64,000 nucleotides of DNA. Source: Vicinamibacterales bacterium (GTDB lineage: Bacteria; Acidobacteriota; Vicinamibacteria; Vicinamibacterales; UBA2999). Under the pieces are notes generated by a model that saw only the letters and a list, made by a program, of their open reading frames with translations, made no database searches and was not told the origin of the DNA. This document shows positions 25,650 to 33,289 of this stretch, one piece after another; within the stretch, counting starts at the first letter, position 1; each line of letters begins with the position of its first letter. The stretch lies in the NCBI GenBank assembly GCA_050246635.1, contig JBFWVR010000002.1, forward strand, positions 373,938 through 437,937, read 5' to 3'. The translations under genes and the position numbers were made by a program.

Positions 25650-26831
25650 TCAGACCGCCTGCACGGCGGCGTCGAAGAACGCCGCCTCGACACCCATCGC
25701 GGCGCATGTGCGCCGGATCTCGTCCAGGTAGTTGGTGTTCATCACCAGCACCGCGAGCCGCCCCTCGGCGGTCCGCAGTGCGTCGGGCGCGTCGATCCGG
25801 CGCCCCGAAAGCGGGACGAAGCACCCCTGCTTGTTCGTGTTGACGTCCACGGCCAGGTCGAGCAGCCCACCGGCGTCGCGATCGACCAGCAGCGAGAAGA
25901 TCACGCCCTTGGTGGCCATGCCCCAGACGACCGTCCGCATCCCGGACGCCTTGAGGGCCTCGAGCCGGGCCCGCGTCTCGGCGATCCGCTGGCGTTCGCC
26001 GGCCGCGTAGGCCTGAAGGGCGCTGACGAACGCCGCGGCCGCCTCGTCGGGCGCAGGCGTCGCGGGCTCGGCAGCGACCGCCTCCATCCACCGGTACTGG
26101 TTGCCGAAGGCCACGCGCGTTGCCGTCGGCGCGAAACCGGCGCGGGCCAGGACCGAGCCGAGGCTGGCCGGGCTGAAGTAGTTGCAGTGCTCGTAGCAGA
26201 AGTCCCAGAACGTCTGCTCGTGGACGATCCACCCCGCATCGGGCACCTCGACGAAGAGGGGCACGCCGGCGCGGTCGCCGAGCGCGTCGCGGAGGTCGCG
26301 GACGAAGGGCACCGGCTGCGGGATGTGCTCCAGCACGTGACGGCAGACGAAGAGGGACGGCACGTCCTCGAGCAGGTCGTCGTGGAAGACGCCCTTCACC
26401 AGCCGGACGCGGCCATCGGCCTCGGTCGAGTCACCCGGCAGCGCCGGGTCGACCCCGAGGCCCCGGCACTCGGGCCAGACCCGCGCCGCGGCCTTGAGGA
26501 ACGTGCCGTTGCCGCAGCCGATGTCCACGAGGTAGCCGCGCGCCAGGTCGTACTTCTCGCCGAGATAGCGGGCAATCTCCTCGTAGTACGCCGCCATCAC
26601 CGCCGAGGGCACCGCGTTGTCGTACCCGGCGTCGTAGTCGAGGCGCGCGGGATCGAACGTGCCGTTCCACGCGAAGCTGCAGTGGGGACAGACCGACAGG
26701 GTGAGCACCCCCCGCTTCGCGCCGAGCGCCGCCTCACGCGTCCGGTACACGTAGTTCTGCATCGTCGGGAGCGGATCCCGGGTGACCGTGACCACCGCAT
26801 CGGTGGCGCCGCAGACCGGACAGGCCGTCAT
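25650..26831 (-). CDS. NDP-hexose C-methyltransferase family protein (TylCIII-like, divergent paralog)
   Basis: C-terminal 393 aa of ORF 25650..27752. ATG 26831 is in an ATGA overlap (tcat 26828-26831). Contains an N-terminal Cys4 (CPVCG…CPHCS), LVDIGCGNGTFL, FVCRHVLEHIPQP and a C-terminal Rossmann-like module (VVWGMATKGVIFSLL…NTNKQGCFVP). Confidence 0.75.
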   Translation of the reverse strand: MTACPVCGATDAVVTVTRDPLPTMQNYVYRTREAALGAKRGVLTLSVCPHCSFAWNGTFDPARLDYDAGYDNAVPSAVMAAYYEEIARYLGEKYDLARGYLVDIGCGNGTFLKAAARVWPECRGLGVDPALPGDSTEADGRVRLVKGVFHDDLLEDVPSLFVCRHVLEHIPQPVPFVRDLRDALGDRAGVPLFVEVPDAGWIVHEQTFWDFCYEHCNYFSPASLGSVLARAGFAPTATRVAFGNQYRWMEAVAAEPATPAPDEAAAAFVSALQAYAAGERQRIAETRARLEALKASGMRTVVWGMATKGVIFSLLVDRDAGGLLDLAVDVNTNKQGCFVPLSGRRIDAPDALRTAEGRLAVLVMNTNYLDEIRRTCAAMGVEAAFFDAAVQAV

Positions 26832-27820
26832 GCCCTCCCCCATCGCTCGAACCATGCCTGGTACCAGGTGACCGTCTCGCGCAGGCCGGCCTCGAAGGAC
26901 GTCCGTGGCGTCCAGTCCAGGAGCGTGCGCGCCTTGTCGGCGGCGAGCCACTGCTCGCGGATCTCGGCGCGCGCCGTGCCCCGGATGTCGGGCACGAGGT
27001 CGGCGCGTCCCATCACGTCCTGGATCGCCGCGATGACCTCGAGCACCGTGCGCCGCGCGTCGCCACTGAAGTTGACGGCATGGCCGGCGCGGCCGCCGGC
27101 GGCGGCCTCGGCGAGCGCGAGGTAGGCGGAGGCCGCGTCCTTCACGAAGAGGTAATCGCGGACGAACGTGCCGTCGCTGCGCACGATCGGCCGTTCGCCG
27201 CGGGCGAGCGAGCGAATGGTGCCCGGCACGATGCGGCTCCAGTTGAGGTCGCCGCCGCCGTAGATGTTGCCGCAGCGCGCGACGTTCACCGGCAAGCCGT
27301 ATGTCTCGTGGTAACTCTGCGCGAGCAGGTCCGTGCACGCCTTCGAGACGTCGTACGGGTGCCGCGCGCGCAGCGGCGTGTCCTCGGTGTACGGCAGGAC
27401 GTCGGCCGCACCGTAGGCCTTGTCGCTCGACGCGACGGCCACCGCCGTCACCACCTCGCGATGGGCCCGGCAGGCCTCGAGCACGTGGTAGGTGCCGCGG
27501 ATGTTCGCCTCGAAGGTCGTGAGCGGCGATCGCACGGCGGGGCCGACGAGCGCCTGCGCGCCCAGGTGGATCACCGTGTCCACCTCCCACATCCCGATCG
27601 CGCGCTCCACCGCACCGTAGTCCTCGAGCGCGCCGTAGACGATCTTGATCCGGGACACGTCGCCGCCCGAGACGAGCTCCGACTGGGGATCCAGGTCCAC
27701 GACCAGCGCGACGACCGTCGCGCCGCGCTCGAGCAGCTGCTTCACCACCCACGAGCCGACCACGCCACTCGCGCCCGTCACGAGCACGCGGCGCGCGCGC
27801 CAGAAACCGTCGGCCGCCAT
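26828..27820 (-). CDS. rfbG: CDP-glucose 4,6-dehydratase
   Basis: Part of ORF 26828..27895. Start at ATG 27820 (MAADGFWRARRVLVTGASGVVGSW…). SDR signature present: TGASG, SSDKAYG…YDVSKAC. FWRxxRVLVTG is the typical RfbG/DdhB opening. Sits next to the cytidylyltransferase pathway genes. Confidence 0.85.
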   Translation of the reverse strand: MAADGFWRARRVLVTGASGVVGSWVVKQLLERGATVVALVVDLDPQSELVSGGDVSRIKIVYGALEDYGAVERAIGMWEVDTVIHLGAQALVGPAVRSPLTTFEANIRGTYHVLEACRAHREVVTAVAVASSDKAYGAADVLPYTEDTPLRARHPYDVSKACTDLLAQSYHETYGLPVNVARCGNIYGGGDLNWSRIVPGTIRSLARGERPIVRSDGTFVRDYLFVKDAASAYLALAEAAAGGRAGHAVNFSGDARRTVLEVIAAIQDVMGRADLVPDIRGTARAEIREQWLAADKARTLLDWTPRTSFEAGLRETVTWYQAWFERWGRA

Positions 27821-28587
27821 CACTTCACCCGCCGCAGCCAGGCCTGCGGCCAGTGCGTCACGTTCTCGCGGAGCTCGCTCTCGTTGAAGGGCCACGCGGG
27901 CTGCTCGAGCACGAACTCCGGGCGCGTGGCCAGGAAGTCGTGCACTGCCGAGATCGGGTTGTCCTCACGCCATTCCGGCGTGCCGCGCGGCGCGTCGGCC
28001 ACCTCCTGCATCACGCCGTCGGTCGCGACGATGTAGGAGCCCGGCGTCACCATGTCCCAGTACGCCTCGAGCTCCGCCCGCACGTGCGCCCGGGAGTGGT
28101 TCGAGTCGAGCAGCACGAGCACGGTCTCCCCGGGCGCGACGAGTCCCTTCACCCGGGACACGAGCGCCGGATCGACCGAGCTGCCCTCCACCAGCGTGAT
28201 GTACTCGAAGAGCGGGTGCGCCTCGAGGGCCTGGCGGTTGTGGGGCCGGATCTCGATGTCGATGCCGACGACGCGGCCGCGGCCCATCGCCTTGCAGAGG
28301 CTGGCGTAGTAGATCAGCGACCCGCCGTGCGCGACGCCGGTCTCGACGATCACGTCGGGGGCCACCGCGTGGATGACCTCCTGCAGCCGGACCATGTCGT
28401 CCGGCAGCTGGATGACGGGACGGCCCATCCAGCTGAACGTGTAGGTGTACTTCTGGTTCCAGCCCACCTTCAGCCAGAGCCGGGAGAGGATCTCGAAGCC
28501 CTCGCGCGAGTAGAGCGGGATCTCGGTCGTGCCGTCGCCGCCCGGCACCGCGATCGTCTGTGCCGCCGTGTCGATTGTGTAGGTCAT
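27820..28587 (-). CDS. CmcI ('cephalosporin hydroxylase') family methyltransferase, rhamnosyl-O-methyltransferase-like
   Basis: Part of ORF 27820..28620. ATG 28587 is in an ATGA overlap (tcat 28584-28587). Contains WMGRPVIQLPDDMVRLQEVIHAVAPDVIVETGVAHGGSLIYYA…VLVLLDSNHSRAHV, characteristic of the CmcI family. Confidence 0.8.
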   Translation of the reverse strand: MTYTIDTAAQTIAVPGGDGTTEIPLYSREGFEILSRLWLKVGWNQKYTYTFSWMGRPVIQLPDDMVRLQEVIHAVAPDVIVETGVAHGGSLIYYASLCKAMGRGRVVGIDIEIRPHNRQALEAHPLFEYITLVEGSSVDPALVSRVKGLVAPGETVLVLLDSNHSRAHVRAELEAYWDMVTPGSYIVATDGVMQEVADAPRGTPEWREDNPISAVHDFLATRPEFVLEQPAWPFNESELRENVTHWPQAWLRRVK

Positions 28588-29504
28588 GCCCCTGCCGTTC
28601 CCAGTCGTCGTTCCCACCACGCCGCGGTGTCCTGCAGCCCCGCGCGCAGGCCGAACCGCGGCGTGAAGCCCACGTCCCCGTGGAGGCGCGCGACGTCGCC
28701 GACCACCAACGGGTATCGATCCTCGCCGGCGTCCGGCACCGGCTCGAGCCGCAGCGGGCGGCCGAGCGCCTCGGCGACGTGCGCCGCCAGCGTGGCCAGG
28801 CTCACCGCCTCGCCGGACGCGATGTTCACCGGGCCGTCGACGGGCGCGTCGACGAGCGCCGCGAACGCCCCCGCCACGTCGTCGACGTGCAGGTAGTCAC
28901 GCACCTGCGCCGGGTGGCGCAGGCGCATCGGCGCCCCCGTCGCGACCGCCCGCACGATGGCCGGGACGAGCCGCTCCGGCGCCTCCTCGGGCCCGTGCAG
29001 GAAGAACACGCGGCCCCAGGCGAACCCGACCCCCTCCTGCGCCGCCAGCCGCCCGACGATGCCGGCGAGCCCGTGTTTGCTCGCCGCGTACAGCGTGGCG
29101 GGCTCGAGGGGCGTGACCGCCTCCGAACAGTAGCCGTAGCGCCAGTCGTACTCGGCACAGGTCCCCGCGCCGACCACCCGCCGCCCCCCTTCGCGCACGA
29201 AGCGGTCGACGAGCGCCAGGCTGGACTGCACCCAGGGCAGGTTCTCGCGGGACGTGACGTAGGCCCCTGGCGTGACGTCCCACGCGAGATGCAGCAGCAC
29301 CTCGGGGCGCACGCGCTCGACGAGCGCGGCCGCCGCGCGGTGGTCGTGCAGGTCGACGGCGTGGACGTGGAGGTGTGGCGACGCCACCGGTAACGGCCGG
29401 CGCGTGACGGCGTGCACCTCATGGCCACGCGCGATCAGCGGCTCCAGCGTGCGGCGGCCGATGAACCCGCCGGCGCCCGTCACGAGGACCCGCGACGGCG
29501 TCAC
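28584..29504 (-). CDS. NAD(P)-dependent epimerase/dehydratase-family SDR, probable NDP-4-keto-sugar reductase
   Basis: C-terminal 306 aa of ORF 28584..30173. GTG 29504 is in a GTGA overlap (tcac 29501-29504). Contains VLVTGAGGFIGRR and YAASKHG (YxxxK). Confidence 0.8.
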   Translation of the reverse strand: MTPSRVLVTGAGGFIGRRTLEPLIARGHEVHAVTRRPLPVASPHLHVHAVDLHDHRAAAALVERVRPEVLLHLAWDVTPGAYVTSRENLPWVQSSLALVDRFVREGGRRVVGAGTCAEYDWRYGYCSEAVTPLEPATLYAASKHGLAGIVGRLAAQEGVGFAWGRVFFLHGPEEAPERLVPAIVRAVATGAPMRLRHPAQVRDYLHVDDVAGAFAALVDAPVDGPVNIASGEAVSLATLAAHVAEALGRPLRLEPVPDAGEDRYPLVVGDVARLHGDVGFTPRFGLRAGLQDTAAWWERRLGTAGA

Positions 29505-30031
29505 GGGCGGAGCGGGCCCCAGCCGCGGTCCTGATCCGAGAGGCCGGTGGGTGCGAGCGGCCACGCGATGGCCAGCGTGGGATCGTCCCAGCGGATGCCG
29601 TCGCCGGCCTCGCGGGCATAGTACGCGCCGATGTGATAGAGCACGGTCGTCTCGTCGGCAAGCGTCTGGAACCCGTGCGCCACTCCTTCCGGCATGAAGA
29701 CCAGGCGGCGGTTGGCGGCGGTCAGCTCGAAGCCTTCCCAGCGGCCGAAGGTCGGCGACCCGGGACGGATGTCGGCGACGACGTCGAAGAAGGCGCCGCT
29801 GACGCAGGTGACCAGCTTGGCATCGGCATGCGGGGCACGCTGGAAGTGGAGGCCGCGCAGGGTGCCGCGGCGCGCGTTGTGCGACAGGGCCGTGCGCACG
29901 AACCCGCCGGTCCAGCCGGCGGCGGCGAGCGCACGCGCCTGGAACAGCTCCGCGAACCAGCCCCGATCGTCGGCGGCCACCGGCGGATCGACGAGGAACA
30001 CGCCGGCCAGGCGCGTCTCGTGCAGCGTCAC
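29501..30031 (-). CDS. NDP-4-keto-6-deoxyhexose 3,5-epimerase (RmlC/RfbC cupin family)
   Basis: C-terminal 176 aa of ORF 29501..31099. GTG 30031 is in a GTGA overlap (tcac 30028-30031). Contains DDRGWFAELF…RGLHFQ…KLVTCVSGAFFDVVADIR…, the RmlC signature. Confidence 0.85.
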   Translation of the reverse strand: MTLHETRLAGVFLVDPPVAADDRGWFAELFQARALAAAGWTGGFVRTALSHNARRGTLRGLHFQRAPHADAKLVTCVSGAFFDVVADIRPGSPTFGRWEGFELTAANRRLVFMPEGVAHGFQTLADETTVLYHIGAYYAREAGDGIRWDDPTLAIAWPLAPTGLSDQDRGWGPLRP

Positions 30032-31260
30032 AGCACGCGGACCTTCGGGATCGCCACGAGGAACCGCCCGCCGGCCTCGCGATACGCGGCCTCCTGCCGG
30101 AGCACCTCGTCGGCGAGGTTCCAGACGAAGAGCAGCACGTAATCCGGCCGCCGCTCCGCGATGGCCGAAGCATCGACGATGGGGATGCCGCATCCCGGCA
30201 TCCGACGGCCCTGCTTGTGCGGGTTGCGATCGGCGACGAAGTCGACGAGCTGGTCGTCCACGCCGCAGTAGTTCAGGAGGATCGTGGCCTTGGCCGCCGC
30301 GCCGTACCCGGCAATGGTCGCGCCCCCCGCCTTCAACTCGGCCAGCGTGCGCGTCAGGTCCGCCCGCACGCCTTCGACCGCGCGGCGGAACGGCTCGTAG
30401 TAGGCGGCCTCCTGCATGCCGAGCGCACGCTCCTCGTCCAGCAGGGCCTGCGCGGAGGCGCCATGGGCCGTGCCGAACCCGATCGTCAGCCGCAGCGAGC
30501 CGCCGTGGATGGGCACCCGGACGACGTCCTCCAGGACGAGGCCGTGCCGCTCCACGAGCGCCGCCACCGCCGTCACGGAGAAGTACGACAGGTGCTCGTG
30601 GTAGATCGTGTCGAACTCGACCTTCTCCACCATGTCGCGCACGTAGGGCGCCTCGATGACGATCACGCCGCCCGGCTCGAGCATCGCCCGGGCGCCCGCG
30701 ATGAACCCGTTCGGGTCCGGCACGTGCGCGAAGACGTTCAGCCCGAGGATCACGTCGGCTCGACGGCCCTCGCCGGCGAGTCGCGTCCCGAGCTCGCGGC
30801 CGAAGAACGCATTGAGGGTGGGGATGCCGCGTTCGCGTTCCGCGACCGCCGCGATGTTGCCGGCCGGCTCGATGCCGAGCACCGGCACGCCCTGCTGCTT
30901 GAAGTACTGGAGCAGGTAGCCGTCGTTGCTCGCGATCTCGACGACCAGGCTGTCGGCGCCCAGGCCGCGGCCCTGCACGAGGCTGGTGGCCAGTGCCTCG
31001 GCGTGGCGCAGCATCGACCCGGAGTACGACGAGAAGTACAGGTACTCCGAGAACATGTCCTCCGGCGGGACCACGTGGCGGAGCTGCACGAGCGAACACG
31101 CCGGGCAGAGCGCGACGTCGAGCGGGAACCGCGGCTCTTCGCGGGACGCGTCGGCCGCGGGGTACGCGTTGGCCAGCGGCAGCGTCCCGAGCGAGACGAT
31201 CCCGGTGAGCGGGCCCGCGTCGCAGGCGAGGCAGCGCTCGCGCGCCAGCGGCGCGCTCAC
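30028..31260 (-). CDS. NDP-hexose C-methyltransferase (TylCIII-like)
   Basis: Part of ORF 30028..31275. Preferred start is GTG 31260 (GTGA overlap, tcac 31257-31260); GTG 31275 is an alternative. Contains CLACD…CPACSLVQL zinc motif, VVEIASNDGYLLQYF, LNVFAHVPDP and a C-terminal module IAGYGAAAKATILLNY…DRNPHKQGRRMPG. Confidence 0.85.
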   Translation of the reverse strand: MSAPLARERCLACDAGPLTGIVSLGTLPLANAYPAADASREEPRFPLDVALCPACSLVQLRHVVPPEDMFSEYLYFSSYSGSMLRHAEALATSLVQGRGLGADSLVVEIASNDGYLLQYFKQQGVPVLGIEPAGNIAAVAERERGIPTLNAFFGRELGTRLAGEGRRADVILGLNVFAHVPDPNGFIAGARAMLEPGGVIVIEAPYVRDMVEKVEFDTIYHEHLSYFSVTAVAALVERHGLVLEDVVRVPIHGGSLRLTIGFGTAHGASAQALLDEERALGMQEAAYYEPFRRAVEGVRADLTRTLAELKAGGATIAGYGAAAKATILLNYCGVDDQLVDFVADRNPHKQGRRMPGCGIPIVDASAIAERRPDYVLLFVWNLADEVLRQEAAYREAGGRFLVAIPKVRVL

Positions 31261-32030
31261 GCCCACACCTTCCACGGCGCGTCGCCGCGTTGCCAGAGCT
31301 CCTCGAGCATCATGCGCTCACGCAGCGTGTCCATGCACTGCCAGAACCCCTCGTGGCAATAGACCGACAGCTGCCGGTCCCCGGCGAGCCGCTCGAGCAC
31401 GTCCTTCTCCAGGCTGTTGGTCGTGTCGTCCATGTAGTCGAAGACCTGCGGCTCGAACACCATGAAGCCGCCGTTGATCCACCCCTCGCCAATCTGCGGC
31501 TTCTCGACGAACTCGGTGACGATGTGGCCGTCGAAGGCCAGGCCGCCGAAGCGTGACGGCGGGCGCACGGCGGTGATGGTGCCAATCGTGCCGTTCCGCC
31601 GGTGGGCGGCGAGCAGCGCGTCGAGGTCCACGTTGGCGACGCCGTCGCCATAGGTCAGGAAGAACGGCCCATCACCCAGCCACGGGCGCAACCGGTGGAC
31701 ACGCCCGCCCGTCCCGGTCTCGAGTCCGGTCTCGACGAGGTGCACCCGCCAGTCCTCGATGCCGTCGCCGTCGTGCAGCTGGCTGTCCCCCGACGCGAAG
31801 TCGACGGTGAGCGACGCGCTCAGCAGCTTGTAGTTGAGGAAGAACTGCTTGATGACGTGGCCCTTGTAGCCGAGCGCCAGCACGAACTCGTCGTGCCCGG
31901 CACTCGAGAAGTGCTTCATGATGTGCCACATGATCGGCCGGTCGCCGATCTGCACCATCGGCTTCGGCAGCACTTCGGTCAGTTCGGCCAGGCGGCTGCC
32001 CCGGCCTCCCGCGAGGATGACGGTTTTCAC
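31257..32030 (-). CDS. rfbF: glucose-1-phosphate cytidylyltransferase
   Basis: Part of ORF 31257..32150. GTG 32030 is in a GTGA overlap (tcac 32027-32030). VKTVILAGGRGSRLAELTEVLPKPMVQIGDRPIMWHIMKHFS…GFWQCMDTLRE… matches RfbF/DdhA closely. Confidence 0.9.
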   Translation of the reverse strand: MKTVILAGGRGSRLAELTEVLPKPMVQIGDRPIMWHIMKHFSSAGHDEFVLALGYKGHVIKQFFLNYKLLSASLTVDFASGDSQLHDGDGIEDWRVHLVETGLETGTGGRVHRLRPWLGDGPFFLTYGDGVANVDLDALLAAHRRNGTIGTITAVRPPSRFGGLAFDGHIVTEFVEKPQIGEGWINGGFMVFEPQVFDYMDDTTNSLEKDVLERLAGDRQLSVYCHEGFWQCMDTLRERMMLEELWQRGDAPWKVWA

Positions 32031-33289
32031 GACAGGCTCTCCGTGACCGCGGCGCCCAGGCGGCGGGCGTTCCACGGCTTGAGTGACTCGAGGCTTGGCA
32101 TCTCGACCGGGCTCCCGCCCGACGGCACGCGCGGGTGGGACTCGGCCCACGCCAGCGCGTCGAACACGCTGTCGAACCCGCTGCCCGCCGCGGCCAGTGC
32201 CCCCGGCTCCGCCGCGCCGTCGGGCCCCGGCTCCGGATCCCCCGCGCCGCCGGGCAAAACCGTGGTCGCGTCCAGGTAGACCTGCCGCGTCCGCACGAAC
32301 GCCTGCACGTCGTCGTCCTCGAGCGCGAGGCCGGCAAGCAGCAGGTCGTAGTCATCGCTGAGCTCCGCCCCGCCCCGCGCCGCGCGGACGTAGTCCGTCA
32401 GGCAGCCGGCGTAGTACTGGCGCCGGTCCGGCTCATACGGCGCGAAGACCTCCGGGAGGGCCTGCTTCAAGCGCAGGAAGTCGTTGAGCGTCAGGGCGTG
32501 GGTGAAACAGGCTTCGGTCGGCGCCAGGCCGACGACGTCGCGCCAGGTCATCCCCAGATCCGCGAGGAACCGCTGCGCCAGCTCCCCGCGGTGCCGGAAG
32601 GCCGAGCCGTTGCCGCGCCCGCAGCTCACGAAGAGCCCGTCGTCCAGCAACACCATGCGGGGTGTATGGGCCAGCATCAGGAACCCCGACGTGAAGTCGG
32701 GCGCCACCGGCAGGCACACGCGACCCAGGGCCGACGCGCGGATGGCGTCGAGCACCGAGTGGTGGCACACCGCGCTCATCAGCTTGGGCACCATCTTCGT
32801 CGCCGACTTCGGGTGGCCGCTCAGGAAGTAGTGCAGGACCTCGGCGGTGTCGAGCGTGTACTCCCGGAGCGTGGACTTGCGCCGCCGGAACTCGCGGCCC
32901 GCGGCGTCGCCGCCGAAGCGGTCGGGAAACCAGCACACGAGGTGCGAGCCGGTGCGCGCGGCCACGTCGTGGGCCGTCTGGAGCGCGTCGCGGCGCAGCA
33001 CGGACCGGTCGGTCAGGATGCCCACGAACTCGCCGCGCGTGTCACGGACGGCGTGCTCCCAGTTGTCGGGCATCGACAACCGCCCGTTCGTCCGGACGTA
33101 GCGCACCCGCGGGTCGTCGAAGGCCGCGGCCGCGGCTGCGGTCTCGGCCACGGCCGCCTCGTCGCTGTTGTCGCAGACGATTACTTCCAGGTCGCCGAAG
33201 GTCTGCTCCAGCACGCTGCGGATCGCGTTCCGCATCCGGTCCGGCCGGTTCTTGCAGGGAATGGCAATGCTGAAGAACGGGCGGCTCAC
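32027..33289 (-). CDS. GT2-family glycosyltransferase with long C-terminal extension (paralog of 42482..43729)
   Basis: Part of ORF 32027..33427. GTG 33289 is in a GTGA overlap (tcac 33286-33289). Contains FFSIAIPCKNRPDRMRNAIRSVLEQTFGDLEVIVCDNSD. Confidence 0.8.
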   Translation of the reverse strand: MSRPFFSIAIPCKNRPDRMRNAIRSVLEQTFGDLEVIVCDNSDEAAVAETAAAAAAFDDPRVRYVRTNGRLSMPDNWEHAVRDTRGEFVGILTDRSVLRRDALQTAHDVAARTGSHLVCWFPDRFGGDAAGREFRRRKSTLREYTLDTAEVLHYFLSGHPKSATKMVPKLMSAVCHHSVLDAIRASALGRVCLPVAPDFTSGFLMLAHTPRMVLLDDGLFVSCGRGNGSAFRHRGELAQRFLADLGMTWRDVVGLAPTEACFTHALTLNDFLRLKQALPEVFAPYEPDRRQYYAGCLTDYVRAARGGAELSDDYDLLLAGLALEDDDVQAFVRTRQVYLDATTVLPGGAGDPEPGPDGAAEPGALAAAGSGFDSVFDALAWAESHPRVPSGGSPVEMPSLESLKPWNARRLGAAVTESLS

